Shown here in pieces: positions 14,925 through 24,672 of a stretch of 32,000 nt of DNA. This stretch comes from Candidatus Electronema halotolerans (GTDB lineage Bacteria > Desulfobacterota > Desulfobulbia > Desulfobulbales > Desulfobulbaceae): assembly GCA_942493095.1 (NCBI GenBank), contig OW818675.1:2580001-2612000 (forward strand), in the 5' to 3' direction. Position 1 is the first letter of the stretch, and the number at the start of each line of letters is the position of its first letter. Made by a program: the position numbers and the translations under genes. Under the pieces are notes generated by a model. The model worked only from the letters and a program-made list of their open reading frames with translations, ran no database searches and was not told the DNA's origin.

Positions 14925-17492
14925 TTACATCCCAAGCAGCCGATAGACCGCCTTCATATCCAATTCCCGCCGAAGCAAAGCGGCCAGCCGGTCAAGTGCT
15001 GGTTCAAGATCATATTTCGCCCCTTGGCCGCTCAAAGCAGACAGGCCCTTTGCCGCCCGCAGGCGGTTGATGAACCAGCGGCGGAAGGGGTCACTGTCAA
15101 AAATGCCGTGCAGATAGCTGCCCCAAATCGTGCCGGAGCTGCTGGCCCGCCCGCAGCTTGCGCCGTCGGCAAAGACGAGCAGCGGTTCTGCGCTGTCTGC
15201 CCCGCTGCGGCCATGATGGATTTCATAGCCGCGCACTGGCATCCCGGAGGGAAGATGTCTGCCCTCCCGGCGGGTCAGGGTCTTGTCCGCAGCCAGCTCG
15301 GTGTGCAGATTGAGCAAACCCAGTCCTTGCAGCTTGCTGCCCAGCTCGCCCTCCAAGCCGTGCGGATCAGCAACCGCTTTGCCCAGCATCTGGAAGCCGC
15401 CGCAAATGCCGATGATCTCTTTATTTTTCCCTGTAGCCTGCGCAATGGCTGCGGCCAGTCCGCTTTGCCGCAGCCAGGTCAGATCAGCAATCACATTTTT
15501 GGAACCGGGCAGGATGAGGCAGTCCGGCTCGCCCAGTTCCTCCGCATGACGGACTGTGCGCAGCCAGACATCCGGTTCCGCCAGCAGCGGCTCCAAGTCG
15601 GTAAAGTTGGAGATGTGCGGCAGGTCAATCAGGGCAATCTCGACATGGCCGCCCGCTGGCCGGGGCCGGTTGTAGATGCCCGCCTTGAAGCTGACCGAAT
15701 CCTCCTGCGGCAGACCGAGATCAGTCAGCCACGGCACCACGCCGAACACTGGCCTGCCAGTGCGCTGCTCCAAGAAGCGATGCGCGTCCGCCAGCAGGCT
15801 GGCATCGCCCCGGAAGCGGTTGACGACAAAGCCGGCCAGCAGCTTGCGCTCCCACGGAGCCATGACCTCGACATGCCCGACAAAGGAGGCATAAACCCCG
15901 CCCCGGTCAATGTCGCCGACTAACAGGACAGCAGCTTGGGCCTGCTGGGCCATGCGCATATTGACAAGGTCATGCGACTTGAGATTGACTTCGCCCGGAC
16001 TGCCCGCGCCTTCTAAGATCATGCAGTCCTGCTCACCAGCCAGCTCGTCGTAGGCAGTGCAAACCGTCTGCCAGAGGCCTTCCTTGGCCCGCACATACTC
16101 AGCCACCCGCATGTTGCCGACCGGCTTGCCGAGCACAATCACTTGGCTGCCCACGTCCGAGCAGGGCTTGAGCAGAATCGGATTCATGCGCACATCCGGG
16201 TCAAGGCGGCAGGCCTGGGCCTGCACCACCTGCGCCCGGCCCATTTCGCCGCCGTCCTTGGTGACAAAGGAGTTGAGGGACATGTTCTGGGCCTTGAACG
16301 GAGCCACGCGCAGCCCGTCCTGCAAGAGCACCCGGCAGAGGCCAGCGGCCAGCACGCTCTTGCCCACATCCGAGCCAGTGCCGAGCAGCATCAGGGCTGG
16401 CGTTTTTCTTGTTCGCGGTGCAACCGTCCGCTCTGGGGCAAGCATCGTGCCCAAGGCTTGGACGAGCTGATCATTCTCCTCTTCCAAGCGCACCGCCACT
16501 CGGAAATATTGATCGTTCAAACCCTCGTAGTTGTCACAAACCCGAATGGCAATCTTGCACTCGTGCAGGAGCTTATCTGCCAGTTCCGCAGCAGTGAGCG
16601 GCTCGGTAAGATGGACAAGGAGGAAGTTAGCTGCGCCTGCAATCACCCGCAGCTTGGGCAGCGCGGCCAGCTCGCGGTGCATCTTGTCCCGATTGCGGCG
16701 GACAGTCTCCCGGCTTTTGCGAAGATATGCCGCATCATGCAGAACTGCTGCCCCTGCCGCTTGGGCAAGCGTGTTCACCGGCCACGGGGCAATCTGCTCT
16801 CTGATTTTCTTGCAAATAATTTCTGAAGCAGCGAGGAAGCCAAGGCGCAGGCCGGGAATGGCAAAGAGCTTGGTCAGCGAGCAGAGGGTGATGATGTTCT
16901 TCCGGCAGCAGGCCAGCGACTCATAGCCTGCAACAAAACCGGCAAAGGCTTCATCAAGCAGGAAAAGAACATCCGGGTGCTGATCAGCTAAGGTCAGCAA
17001 GGCATTCCGGTCATTCATCCGCCCGGTCGGGTTGTTGGGCTGACCAAGCAGGAGCAAATCGCCGGGCCGCAGCAGGGCGGAGACATGTTCCAGATCAGGC
17101 TGAAACGCTTTGTCCGCTGACAAGGGCACGGACAGAATTTTCGCCCCGGCCCGTTCGCAGGCTTGCCGATAGTCGATATAGGCAGGCACGAGAATGACGG
17201 CCCGCTGCGGGGCAATGGCTCGCAGGGCGGCGTACAGCAGCTCAGAAGTGCCGTTGCCTGTCACGATTTGCGCAGGTGTGAGCCAGTATTGGGCGGCAAT
17301 CGCTTGAATCAGCTCTGCCGCTTCCGGGTCAGGGTAATGGACGATTTCCGGCAGGCGGGCGGAAAGGACATGCCAGAGCTGCTCCGGCGGGCCGAGCGGA
17401 TTAAGGTTGGCACTGAAGTCAAGAATTGCCTTTGGCTGACAGCCGAGCCGGGCTGCAAGGGCGCGCAGATTGCCGCCATGCGCGCTGCTCAT
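14925..17492 (-). CDS. cobD/cobQ: Fusion of threonine-phosphate decarboxylase (CobD, class I/II aminotransferase fold) and cobyric acid synthase (CobQ/CbiP)
   Basis: The N-terminal ~350 aa contain MSSAHGGNLRALA, DFSANLNPLGPP, LGQPNNPTGR and the PLP-Lys context SLTKLFAIPGLRLGF. From about aa 362 come LMLLGTGSDVGKSVLAAGLCR.L...G..VAPFKAQNMSLNS and a C-terminal GATase-like part (ICGGFQMLG, YEIHHG). Confidence 0.85.
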   Translation of the reverse strand: MSSAHGGNLRALAARLGCQPKAILDFSANLNPLGPPEQLWHVLSARLPEIVHYPDPEAAELIQAIAAQYWLTPAQIVTGNGTSELLYAALRAIAPQRAVILVPAYIDYRQACERAGAKILSVPLSADKAFQPDLEHVSALLRPGDLLLLGQPNNPTGRMNDRNALLTLADQHPDVLFLLDEAFAGFVAGYESLACCRKNIITLCSLTKLFAIPGLRLGFLAASEIICKKIREQIAPWPVNTLAQAAGAAVLHDAAYLRKSRETVRRNRDKMHRELAALPKLRVIAGAANFLLVHLTEPLTAAELADKLLHECKIAIRVCDNYEGLNDQYFRVAVRLEEENDQLVQALGTMLAPERTVAPRTRKTPALMLLGTGSDVGKSVLAAGLCRVLLQDGLRVAPFKAQNMSLNSFVTKDGGEMGRAQVVQAQACRLDPDVRMNPILLKPCSDVGSQVIVLGKPVGNMRVAEYVRAKEGLWQTVCTAYDELAGEQDCMILEGAGSPGEVNLKSHDLVNMRMAQQAQAAVLLVGDIDRGGVYASFVGHVEVMAPWERKLLAGFVVNRFRGDASLLADAHRFLEQRTGRPVFGVVPWLTDLGLPQEDSVSFKAGIYNRPRPAGGHVEIALIDLPHISNFTDLEPLLAEPDVWLRTVRHAEELGEPDCLILPGSKNVIADLTWLRQSGLAAAIAQATGKNKEIIGICGGFQMLGKAVADPHGLEGELGSKLQGLGLLNLHTELAADKTLTRREGRHLPSGMPVRGYEIHHGRSGADSAEPLLVFADGASCGRASSSGTIWGSYLHGIFDSDPFRRWFINRLRAAKGLSALSGQGAKYDLEPALDRLAALLRRELDMKAVYRLLGM

Positions 17493-18127
17493 GCTGCCAG
17501 ACCCAGTTCGGCAAAGGGCGGCAGATTCAACACTTCCATGAAGCTGTCCACATGCCAGCGGGCCTCCAAGGCAGGATTGCGGAAGGCGATCAAATCCATG
17601 CCAGCGGCGGCGCAGTGGTCGCGGTCAACTGTGGAATCACCAATAAAAATCGCTTCGTCTGTGCGCAGGCCAAAATGCTTGAGAATGACATGGAGGGCAT
17701 CAGGGGCAGGCTTGGGCTTGGGCGCATTGGCCGCAGTCATGACGATCTCAAAATGCTCGCGCAGGCCGAACAAATCCAAGATCAGCTCCATCGTGTTAGT
17801 CCGGTTGGTGGAAATGGCCCGATGACAGTGCGGCCTGATCTGCCGGAGAAAGTCTTTCAAATCCGGGGCCATGAGCATATATTTAAGATACGGCGTGTAG
17901 TCAAGGGCGCGGGCATAGCTGTTCACCGCCTCAATCTCGATCTGCTCATGCTTGCGGAAAATATGGCGGATGGAGTCCATCACATTGTGAATATGAACAT
18001 ACCCCAGCTCCTCCGCATCCATCAGCGGGCAGCCGAAATGCTCCAGCAGATGATTGTAATAGATACGGTTGGCCTCGCAGGAATCAAACATGACTCCGTC
18101 GCAGTCAAAGACAACAAGTTTCAACAT
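17489..18127 (-). CDS. HAD-superfamily (subfamily IA-like) phosphatase
   Basis: Motif I is LVVFDCDGVMFDS. It also has ISTNR and a late IFIGDS..D motif. Its stop overlaps the cobD/cobQ start by 4 nt. Confidence 0.8.
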   Translation of the reverse strand: MLKLVVFDCDGVMFDSCEANRIYYNHLLEHFGCPLMDAEELGYVHIHNVMDSIRHIFRKHEQIEIEAVNSYARALDYTPYLKYMLMAPDLKDFLRQIRPHCHRAISTNRTNTMELILDLFGLREHFEIVMTAANAPKPKPAPDALHVILKHFGLRTDEAIFIGDSTVDRDHCAAAGMDLIAFRNPALEARWHVDSFMEVLNLPPFAELGLAA

Positions 18128-18837
18128 CTGTCCAGCTCCCCGTTCTCCTTGTCCGCCTCAGCTTGCAGCAGGCTGCCGTAAATCTCCAGATTCAGCTCGG
18201 CAAAGAAGATTTCCATGAAGTCATGCCGCCGCTTGGCGATTTTCCGGCCCATCTGGGTCAGCATTATGCTGCACACCTTGCACATTTTGCTCTGAAACTC
18301 CCGGTAGGCCGTGTCTTCCGCTGAGTAAGGCGCGGTCAGATCATGATTTGCATCAGGATTGTGCAGCTGCGCCCCAATCTGGCCGGCAAAAAGAAAGGCC
18401 CGGCCTATGCCGATTGCGCCGATGGAATCGAGCTTGTCCGCATCAAAAATAATTTTTGCTTCCAAGCTCTCCGGTCGATCACCACCACGGAAGCGGTGGG
18501 CACGGATGCAATGGCAGATGGCGGCCCGGTTTTCCTCGCTGTAGCCCAGCTCTTGAAGGATATTTTCCGCCATTTCCGCGCCCATAGCCGCATGACAGAT
18601 TTCCCCCTTGCTGCGGTGCTCCTTGCTCCGGCCTATGTCATGCAGCAGGGCTGCCGGAGCTAAAATATCCAGCCTGGCACCCATCTTGCGGCCTATGGCC
18701 ATTGCATTCTGAAAAACCCGTTCCGTGTGGTCCGGGCCGTGCGAGCCGCCTGCCTCAGTGCAGTGCTTCGCGCTGATCCGGCGCAGTTCAGCCAGCAGCT
18801 CCGATGAAATCTCCGCTCGATCTTGATCAGTCATCAT
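18121..18837 (-). CDS. HD-domain metal-dependent phosphohydrolase
   Basis: Contains GPDHTERV...AALLHDIGR...H...GA......C.IRAHRF...IIFDADKLD. It overlaps both neighbours (7 nt and 4 nt). Confidence 0.8.
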   Translation of the reverse strand: MMTDQDRAEISSELLAELRRISAKHCTEAGGSHGPDHTERVFQNAMAIGRKMGARLDILAPAALLHDIGRSKEHRSKGEICHAAMGAEMAENILQELGYSEENRAAICHCIRAHRFRGGDRPESLEAKIIFDADKLDSIGAIGIGRAFLFAGQIGAQLHNPDANHDLTAPYSAEDTAYREFQSKMCKVCSIMLTQMGRKIAKRRHDFMEIFFAELNLEIYGSLLQAEADKENGELDRC

Positions 18838-19571
18838 GCTTCTCCAAAATATTCCTGCCGCAGCCAGCGCAGGCCAAGAAGGAGCAGCTCCTCCTCGTCG
18901 CCAGCCAAGGCGCGGAGTTCCAAAGCGGAAAGCGGGCGGTTCATGGTGATCCTGCCGTCACTCATCTCTTGGCGGAAAAAATCAAGATTGTAAAGGGCCA
19001 TGATGTACTGATCCATCTGGGCTTGACTCGGCCTGAATCCGGTCTGAATCTTGGGATGCTGGAGCAGCTCCAAAAGCTGATCATCAAAACGGCTGTATTC
19101 GGTCATGCCTTGGTCATGAAAATATTCCGGCGCAGTCTGCTCCTGCGCTTCAGCAAAGCCGAGGCAGTGCGGTTCACGAAGCAAGACAAATTGCTCCTCC
19201 ACGCTGCCGTCGGCTTGGCGTGAGGCCCCGCGTCCGGCAGGATAGGCCCGGCAGGCTGCTGGCCGGTCTTCATAGACGCTGCATCCCTGCTCATTAACAA
19301 AGACGCAGCTGGCCCTGCCGTCGTCAATCATGGTCAGGAAGCAGGCTGGAAAAATCATGCCTTCCTCCCACGCCACCAGCACGTATTGTTCAAGAAAAGT
19401 GCCTGAATCCATGTCGAGCCGCCTTTTCAGGCACAGCACGTCGTAGGGAGTCAAGGCAAGATCGAGCTGGCGGCAGCATTCAGTGAAGCAGGCCACGCCG
19501 GGATGACAGGCAAAACAGAATTTTTCCGCCGCCGCAAGAGGCTGACAGTGGTCGGGAAGGGAATGAGGCAT
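18834..19571 (-). CDS. YkgJ/UPF0153-type Cys-cluster protein (putative Zn/Fe-chelating CxxCxxCC domain)
   Basis: Contains FCFACHPGVACFTECC plus later Cys motifs (CVF, GCSVYEDRPAACRAYP). I prefer the ATG at 19569-19571; the track start at 19667 would run through the endonuclease remnant in another frame. Confidence 0.65.
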   Translation of the reverse strand: MPHSLPDHCQPLAAAEKFCFACHPGVACFTECCRQLDLALTPYDVLCLKRRLDMDSGTFLEQYVLVAWEEGMIFPACFLTMIDDGRASCVFVNEQGCSVYEDRPAACRAYPAGRGASRQADGSVEEQFVLLREPHCLGFAEAQEQTAPEYFHDQGMTEYSRFDDQLLELLQHPKIQTGFRPSQAQMDQYIMALYNLDFFRQEMSDGRITMNRPLSALELRALAGDEEELLLLGLRWLRQEYFGEA

Positions 19572-19602
19572 AGTGATATTTGCAGTTGCAATGGAAATGG
19601 GG

Positions 19603-19728
19603 GTTGATTTTAATGCAAGATTTGCTGACAAAGGGACAGCCGCCGATATTCCACAATGCCCTTGCATTTAAGGACAAGTCATCAGGAGCATAACCGAAAA
19701 TCTCAACAAGGTCTTTCTTTCTGCTCAA
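19603..19728 (-). pseudogene. Probable N-terminal remnant (about 42 codons) of a NotI-family type II restriction endonuclease
   Basis: The frame opens at a TTG overlapping the methyltransferase stop (TTGA). It reads SRKKDLVEIFGYAPDDLSLNARALWNIGGCPFVSKSCIKIN. The anchors FG(Y/H), CPF and SC(I/V)K match the N-terminal Cys-motif region of NotI as I remember it. The frame then runs straight into the ykgJ start region with no nuclease body. Confidence 0.4.
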
Positions 19729-20900
19729 AATTGCTCCAGCATTTCAAGAATGGTTTTTCCGATTGCGCAGGCCAGCAGCGGCGGCACAGCATTGCCGACC
19801 TGCTCATATTGCTGCGTCACTGAGCCGGTGAAACGGTGTCGGTCGGGAAAAGATTGAATCCTTGCCGCTTCCCGGACAGAAATAACTCTGTCCTGTGTCG
19901 GATGAAAAAAACTGCCCCAGTGCGGGTCGCATTTGGTCAGAATTGTTGAACACAGCCCGTCCGGCGCAAGCCTGCCGTAACGTCTGGTATGATCGCTCCG
20001 TCTGGCCCGCTTCAAGCCTGCGGGCAGCAGGTCAAAGGGAATGTCCCGCCAGCTGCCTCCCTGCGGAATATGCTTCAGCCGTTCCAGATTGATCCGGCCC
20101 AAGGCATTGCAGCTATGATTATAGACATATTCACTGCCGTTTCTCAATGTTTTTTGATAGGTTCCTGCGGGCGGTCCTGCATAGGGCATTTTTTGATCGT
20201 GCCTTGCCCCGGAATCAATCTCCGGCAGGTCGGAAATCGCATCCCAGACTGTGGTCTGCAATTTCAGCCGCTGCTGAAAAAGCGGCAAAATATCCAAACA
20301 CAGTTTCTTGGCTCCGGTAAAATTTGCCGCCGCCTCTGCTTGATAAGCTGGCGGCGGAAATTTGACCGCAACCGTTTTTGAACGGACAGCAAGAAAAATA
20401 GTTCGGAAACGCAGCTGAGGCACACCGTAATGACCAGCAAATAAAATTCTGTGCTCCGCCCGGTAGCCAAGCTGGACAAGCTCACGGTGAATCTGCTCAA
20501 CCACTGTTCCCCTGCCGAGCGAAACAATGCCCGGCACATTCTCCAGCAAAATGGCCTTGGGCAGCAGCTCTGCGGCAATGCGCATAAATTCCCGAAACAG
20601 ATGATTGCGCTCGTCATCCAAAGAACGAATCGGCGCATTGATTGAAAAACCCTGACAGGGCGGACCGCCCGCCAGCAGGTCCAGCTCGCCTTGTCGCAGC
20701 CCAAGCAGTGCCCGCAGGCTGGAGGCGCAGAGCTGACGAATGTCGCCGCGCAGCAGCTCCGTTTCCGGGTTATTGAGCTGATAGCTTGCCGCAAAGACTG
20801 GTTGCAGCTCGTTTGCCAGCAGCGGACGAAATCCTGCCATCTCCAAGCCGCAGGAGAGACCACCTGCTCCGGCAAAAAGATCAATCAGCGTTTTGGCCAT
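19725..20900 (-). CDS. DNA (cytosine-5)-methyltransferase
   Basis: Canonical m5C motifs are present: DLFAGAGGLSCGL (I), GGPPCQGFS (IV), ENVPG (VI), QSFPD (IX) and GNAVPPLL (X). Confidence 0.92.
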   Translation of the reverse strand: MAKTLIDLFAGAGGLSCGLEMAGFRPLLANELQPVFAASYQLNNPETELLRGDIRQLCASSLRALLGLRQGELDLLAGGPPCQGFSINAPIRSLDDERNHLFREFMRIAAELLPKAILLENVPGIVSLGRGTVVEQIHRELVQLGYRAEHRILFAGHYGVPQLRFRTIFLAVRSKTVAVKFPPPAYQAEAAANFTGAKKLCLDILPLFQQRLKLQTTVWDAISDLPEIDSGARHDQKMPYAGPPAGTYQKTLRNGSEYVYNHSCNALGRINLERLKHIPQGGSWRDIPFDLLPAGLKRARRSDHTRRYGRLAPDGLCSTILTKCDPHWGSFFHPTQDRVISVREAARIQSFPDRHRFTGSVTQQYEQVGNAVPPLLACAIGKTILEMLEQF

Positions 20901-20996
20901 CTGTTCCTTTTGCGCATCGTGGATTCAAGCTGGCTGGACACATTGCCGCAGGTTGATCAACAGTTGAATAATTCTGTCTTGTCATAATGTTACAGT

Positions 20997-21026
20997 AAAA
21001 AACCGGCCCGTTTGGGGTCGGTTTTT
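20997..21026 (-). terminator. Rho-independent terminator after the Gfo/Idh/MocA gene (structurally bidirectional)
   Basis: AAAAAA-CCGGCCC-GTTT-GGGGTCGG-TTTTT. On the minus strand the stem is followed by T6. It lies 45 nt after the stop at 21071. Confidence 0.75.
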
Positions 21027-21070
21027 CATGTTTCAAGCAAGTGCGGCAATTCTTGAATTTCTGACACGAT

Positions 21071-22072
21071 TCAACCCGGTGCCGCAGAACCAAAAGTTCC
21101 TTCCGCATTGAGCAGATGCGAGAATCTGCTCTGATTCTCCTTGATCTGCTCCAGCACGGACAGGGCAAGTTCCAGAGCGCGGCGGCCTTCCTGACCAGAC
21201 ACTGCCGGTTGTTTTCGCTCACGGACGTTGCTGATGAAATCAAGCAGTTCCAATTCCAAGACATCCTGCTCCGGGAAGCTGTGCCGGGAAATGTCCGGCA
21301 TGGGCATCGCGCCGTCCTCCTGCTTGAGCCGCACCGCCATCACTTCTTTTTTGCTGAAATCGACTGCCAAGTATTTTCCTGGCTGAAAAATCCGCAGCCT
21401 GCGCACATTTTCCAAAGAAATTCTGCTCACCGTGATGTTGGCGGTGCAGCCGTTCTCAAAGACAATGCGGGCATTGGCAATGTCGGTGAGCGGGGTGATG
21501 ACTGGCGCGCCGACAGTATGAATCTGCTGAATCGGCGCATTGACCATTGAGAGAATGATGTCAATATCATGAATCATCAGATCAAGGATCACATCCACAT
21601 CCGTGCCCCGGTTTTTAAAGACCGAGAGCCGGTGCGCCTCAATAAAAAGCGGATTGCAGAGCAACGGGCGCACGGCCAGCACTGCCGGATTAAAGCGCTC
21701 CAAATGGCCAACTTGAAAAATGCGCTGCTTTTCCGCTGCCAGCCGGATCAGCTCGTCCGCCTCTACCAAGGTCACGGTCATCGGCTTTTCCAAGAGAATG
21801 TCAAGACCATGCTCAAGACAGGTCAGAGCGGTGCGGTGATGATGGACTGTCGGCACCACCACAGAGACCGCGTCCGCCTTGGGCAGCAGGTCCCGGTAAT
21901 CGGTGAATGGAACCGTGCCGCATTCCTTGGCGACCAGCTCGGCCCGTGCCGTATCGATATCTGCCACGCCGACCAAGTCAACGTCGCGCATGGCCGCATA
22001 TTTTTGGGCATGAAAGCGGCCCAGATAGCCGACCCCGATCACCCCAACCCGTATTTTTTCCGTCTCACTCAT
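21071..22072 (-). CDS. Gfo/Idh/MocA family NAD(P)-dependent oxidoreductase
   Basis: Rossmann N-terminus IRVGVIGVGYLGRFHAQKY. It also has EKPMT and a C-terminal GFO_IDH_MocA_C-like half. Confidence 0.8.
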   Translation of the reverse strand: MSETEKIRVGVIGVGYLGRFHAQKYAAMRDVDLVGVADIDTARAELVAKECGTVPFTDYRDLLPKADAVSVVVPTVHHHRTALTCLEHGLDILLEKPMTVTLVEADELIRLAAEKQRIFQVGHLERFNPAVLAVRPLLCNPLFIEAHRLSVFKNRGTDVDVILDLMIHDIDIILSMVNAPIQQIHTVGAPVITPLTDIANARIVFENGCTANITVSRISLENVRRLRIFQPGKYLAVDFSKKEVMAVRLKQEDGAMPMPDISRHSFPEQDVLELELLDFISNVRERKQPAVSGQEGRRALELALSVLEQIKENQSRFSHLLNAEGTFGSAAPG

Positions 22073-22087
22073 TGTGCGCCGCCCTAT

Positions 22088-22795
<708 letters not shown>

Positions 22796-22818
22796 TGGCC
22801 CTTGGGCTTCTGAGTTGG

Positions 22819-24672
22819 TCAGTAAAGAAAGGCTGTTTTTCTCAGGGCTTCCCGCACTGGCAGGATGTATGGATGATGCTTGCGGAGAAAAAGCGGCAGG
22901 GCATTCAACGCGCGCTGGGCCTCGGCCTCGCTGTCATACAGCCCGTAAAACATGAACAAGGCTGTGGGCAGGGTCTGCTTGCGGAGGATCCGCAGCTCCG
23001 CCTTATGATCCAAGTATTCATCCCGGACGATCATCTCCTTGATCTTGGCTGCCGCGTCTGGCGAGGAGAGCATCAGCAGCTGGAGGGTGTATTTGTGGGC
23101 ATTGATGCTGGTCCGCAGACGCGAGCCAGCCACGTGCAGCTCCTGATAGAGCATGTTGGCATCAGGAGGCGGGGCCGTGATTGTGACTGAGGCGGGAATA
23201 TCAATGACCGGCGCCTGCTGCCGTGCCTGCTGCTGCACCTGCGGTTCTGGCGCAGCCTCTTCTTTTTGCTCCTCGTGGGGAACGGGAACACGCTGTTCTG
23301 GCGGGGCGACTTTGATTTTTTTCCGGTCAGGGAAGAGCTGAACAATTTTTTTCTGCGCAATCGGAGTCAGCTCCTGAACTGGCGGCGGACTGTCTTGATG
23401 GTCGTCTTCCTCATCAACCTCAGCCACCGGGCTGTCCAACGGCTCTTCCGGCAGTGAGACAGCAGGTTCAGGCTCCTGCTCAATTGCCGGGACTGCCGCC
23501 TCTTCTGTGGTCTCCACGGTGACAGAGGGCACGGTTTCCTCAGCGGCAAGGTCTTCCGGCACCTCCGCAGCTTCCTGCTCTTCTTCTGTTGTCAACGGCT
23601 CGAATGCAGGCGGTGCCGCAGCCTCATCTTCCACAGTTTTTTCCGGTTCTGGCGGCAGCTCCGGTTCTGTGTTGAGCTGCAATTCCTTGGGCAGCGGCAG
23701 CAGCTTTTTCGGTTCCGGCGTGCCAGCTGTGAACAAATGCCGCACCTGCTCGACGCTGTTCTGCCATAACGCCGTGTTGTAATGGAACAGCAGGGCAATC
23801 AGCAGAAATAGCGCGGCAAGGGCGGAAAACTTGATCAGTCTGCCGGAGCTGCGCCCTGTCTTTTTCTGGGCGGCAACAGCTTGTTTATGCAGCAAGGGAA
23901 TATCCGCCTTCTGCACTGGCAGCGGACGTTTCTCCTGCCAGAGCCGCTCCAGAGCCTGCATGGCCAACGAGTTGGCCTGCCGCAGATTGCCCTGCGTCTG
24001 GCTGAAAATTTTGCTGACCGCCTCCCGGCTGAAGGCCCGGTCCGCTGCCGGAGCAGCCAGTCCGGCAGCCTTGAGCCGGAAGCTCAGATAGGCTCCGGTT
24101 TCCGCCTCAGTCAGCGGCGCTGCCGCATGACCGGCTGGAACCGTGATGTCCGGGCAATAGATTGTCAGCTGGCTGATTCGGTCATTGAGCGCAGGCTGTC
24201 CGGCGAGGATGACTTGAAAAAAGGACGGACTGCCCTTGCTGGCAAAAGCTGCCCGAGCCAGCCGTTCCAGCGCGGCAGGAAACATGTTTTCCGCTTGGTC
24301 AACAAGCAGGAGCAGCTGCCTGCCCTGTCCCTGCTGCTGCTCTGCCAGCGCAGGCAGGCCGGTCATGGGGTCCTGCTCCGGCGGAATGCCGAGCTGCTGG
24401 AAAATGCTCCGGCACAGCTCATCAAAAGAACCGCCTGGTTCAGGCACAAGGACGGCTTGAAATTCATCCGGCAGCAGGTGAACCAGCATCTGGCAGAGCA
24501 TGGTTTTGCCTGCTCCTTCCGGGCCAGTGAGACGGATGATGGGAATGCCTTTCTGAAGATCAGCGTAGAGCCGCCGGAGCAGGACAGACCGCTCCGCTTC
24601 AGAAAAAAACAAATCCGGGTCTGGCTGATCGGCAAAAGGCTCTTTGGCGAGACCAAAGTATTCAGGCTGCAT
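22819..24672 (-). CDS. ExeA/GspA-like AAA ATPase, TM helix, acidic Glu/Pro-rich linker, C-terminal SPOR-like domain
   Basis: N-terminus YFGL.KEPF...PD..FF..........L...L.....I..LTGPEGAGKTMLC (Walker A), then LLLVDQAENM (Walker B-like). The TM segment is LIKFSALAALFLLIALLF. The E/P-rich run lies at about 23218-23721. The C-terminus YTLQLL.....DAA........Y.........R........F.FYGLY.S.AEAQ.AL..LP is SPOR-like. ATG at 24670-24672. Confidence 0.75.
   Translation of the reverse strand: MQPEYFGLAKEPFADQPDPDLFFSEAERSVLLRRLYADLQKGIPIIRLTGPEGAGKTMLCQMLVHLLPDEFQAVLVPEPGGSFDELCRSIFQQLGIPPEQDPMTGLPALAEQQQGQGRQLLLLVDQAENMFPAALERLARAAFASKGSPSFFQVILAGQPALNDRISQLTIYCPDITVPAGHAAAPLTEAETGAYLSFRLKAAGLAAPAADRAFSREAVSKIFSQTQGNLRQANSLAMQALERLWQEKRPLPVQKADIPLLHKQAVAAQKKTGRSSGRLIKFSALAALFLLIALLFHYNTALWQNSVEQVRHLFTAGTPEPKKLLPLPKELQLNTEPELPPEPEKTVEDEAAAPPAFEPLTTEEEQEAAEVPEDLAAEETVPSVTVETTEEAAVPAIEQEPEPAVSLPEEPLDSPVAEVDEEDDHQDSPPPVQELTPIAQKKIVQLFPDRKKIKVAPPEQRVPVPHEEQKEEAAPEPQVQQQARQQAPVIDIPASVTITAPPPDANMLYQELHVAGSRLRTSINAHKYTLQLLMLSSPDAAAKIKEMIVRDEYLDHKAELRILRKQTLPTALFMFYGLYDSEAEAQRALNALPLFLRKHHPYILPVREALRKTAFLY

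Noticed and set aside
15024-18181. A series of long plus-strand ORFs (15024-15923, 16143-16826, 17163-17825, 17426-18181)
   Set aside because: They are antisense to the well-supported cobD/cobQ and HAD genes. Their composition is low-complexity and Arg/Ala-rich, with no RBS.
19480-19728. The 82-aa ORF taken at face value as an intact small gene after the methyltransferase
   Set aside because: Only the first ~42 codons resemble anything (an endonuclease N-terminus). The rest overlaps the ykgJ start region in another frame, so I interpret it as a pseudogene stump.
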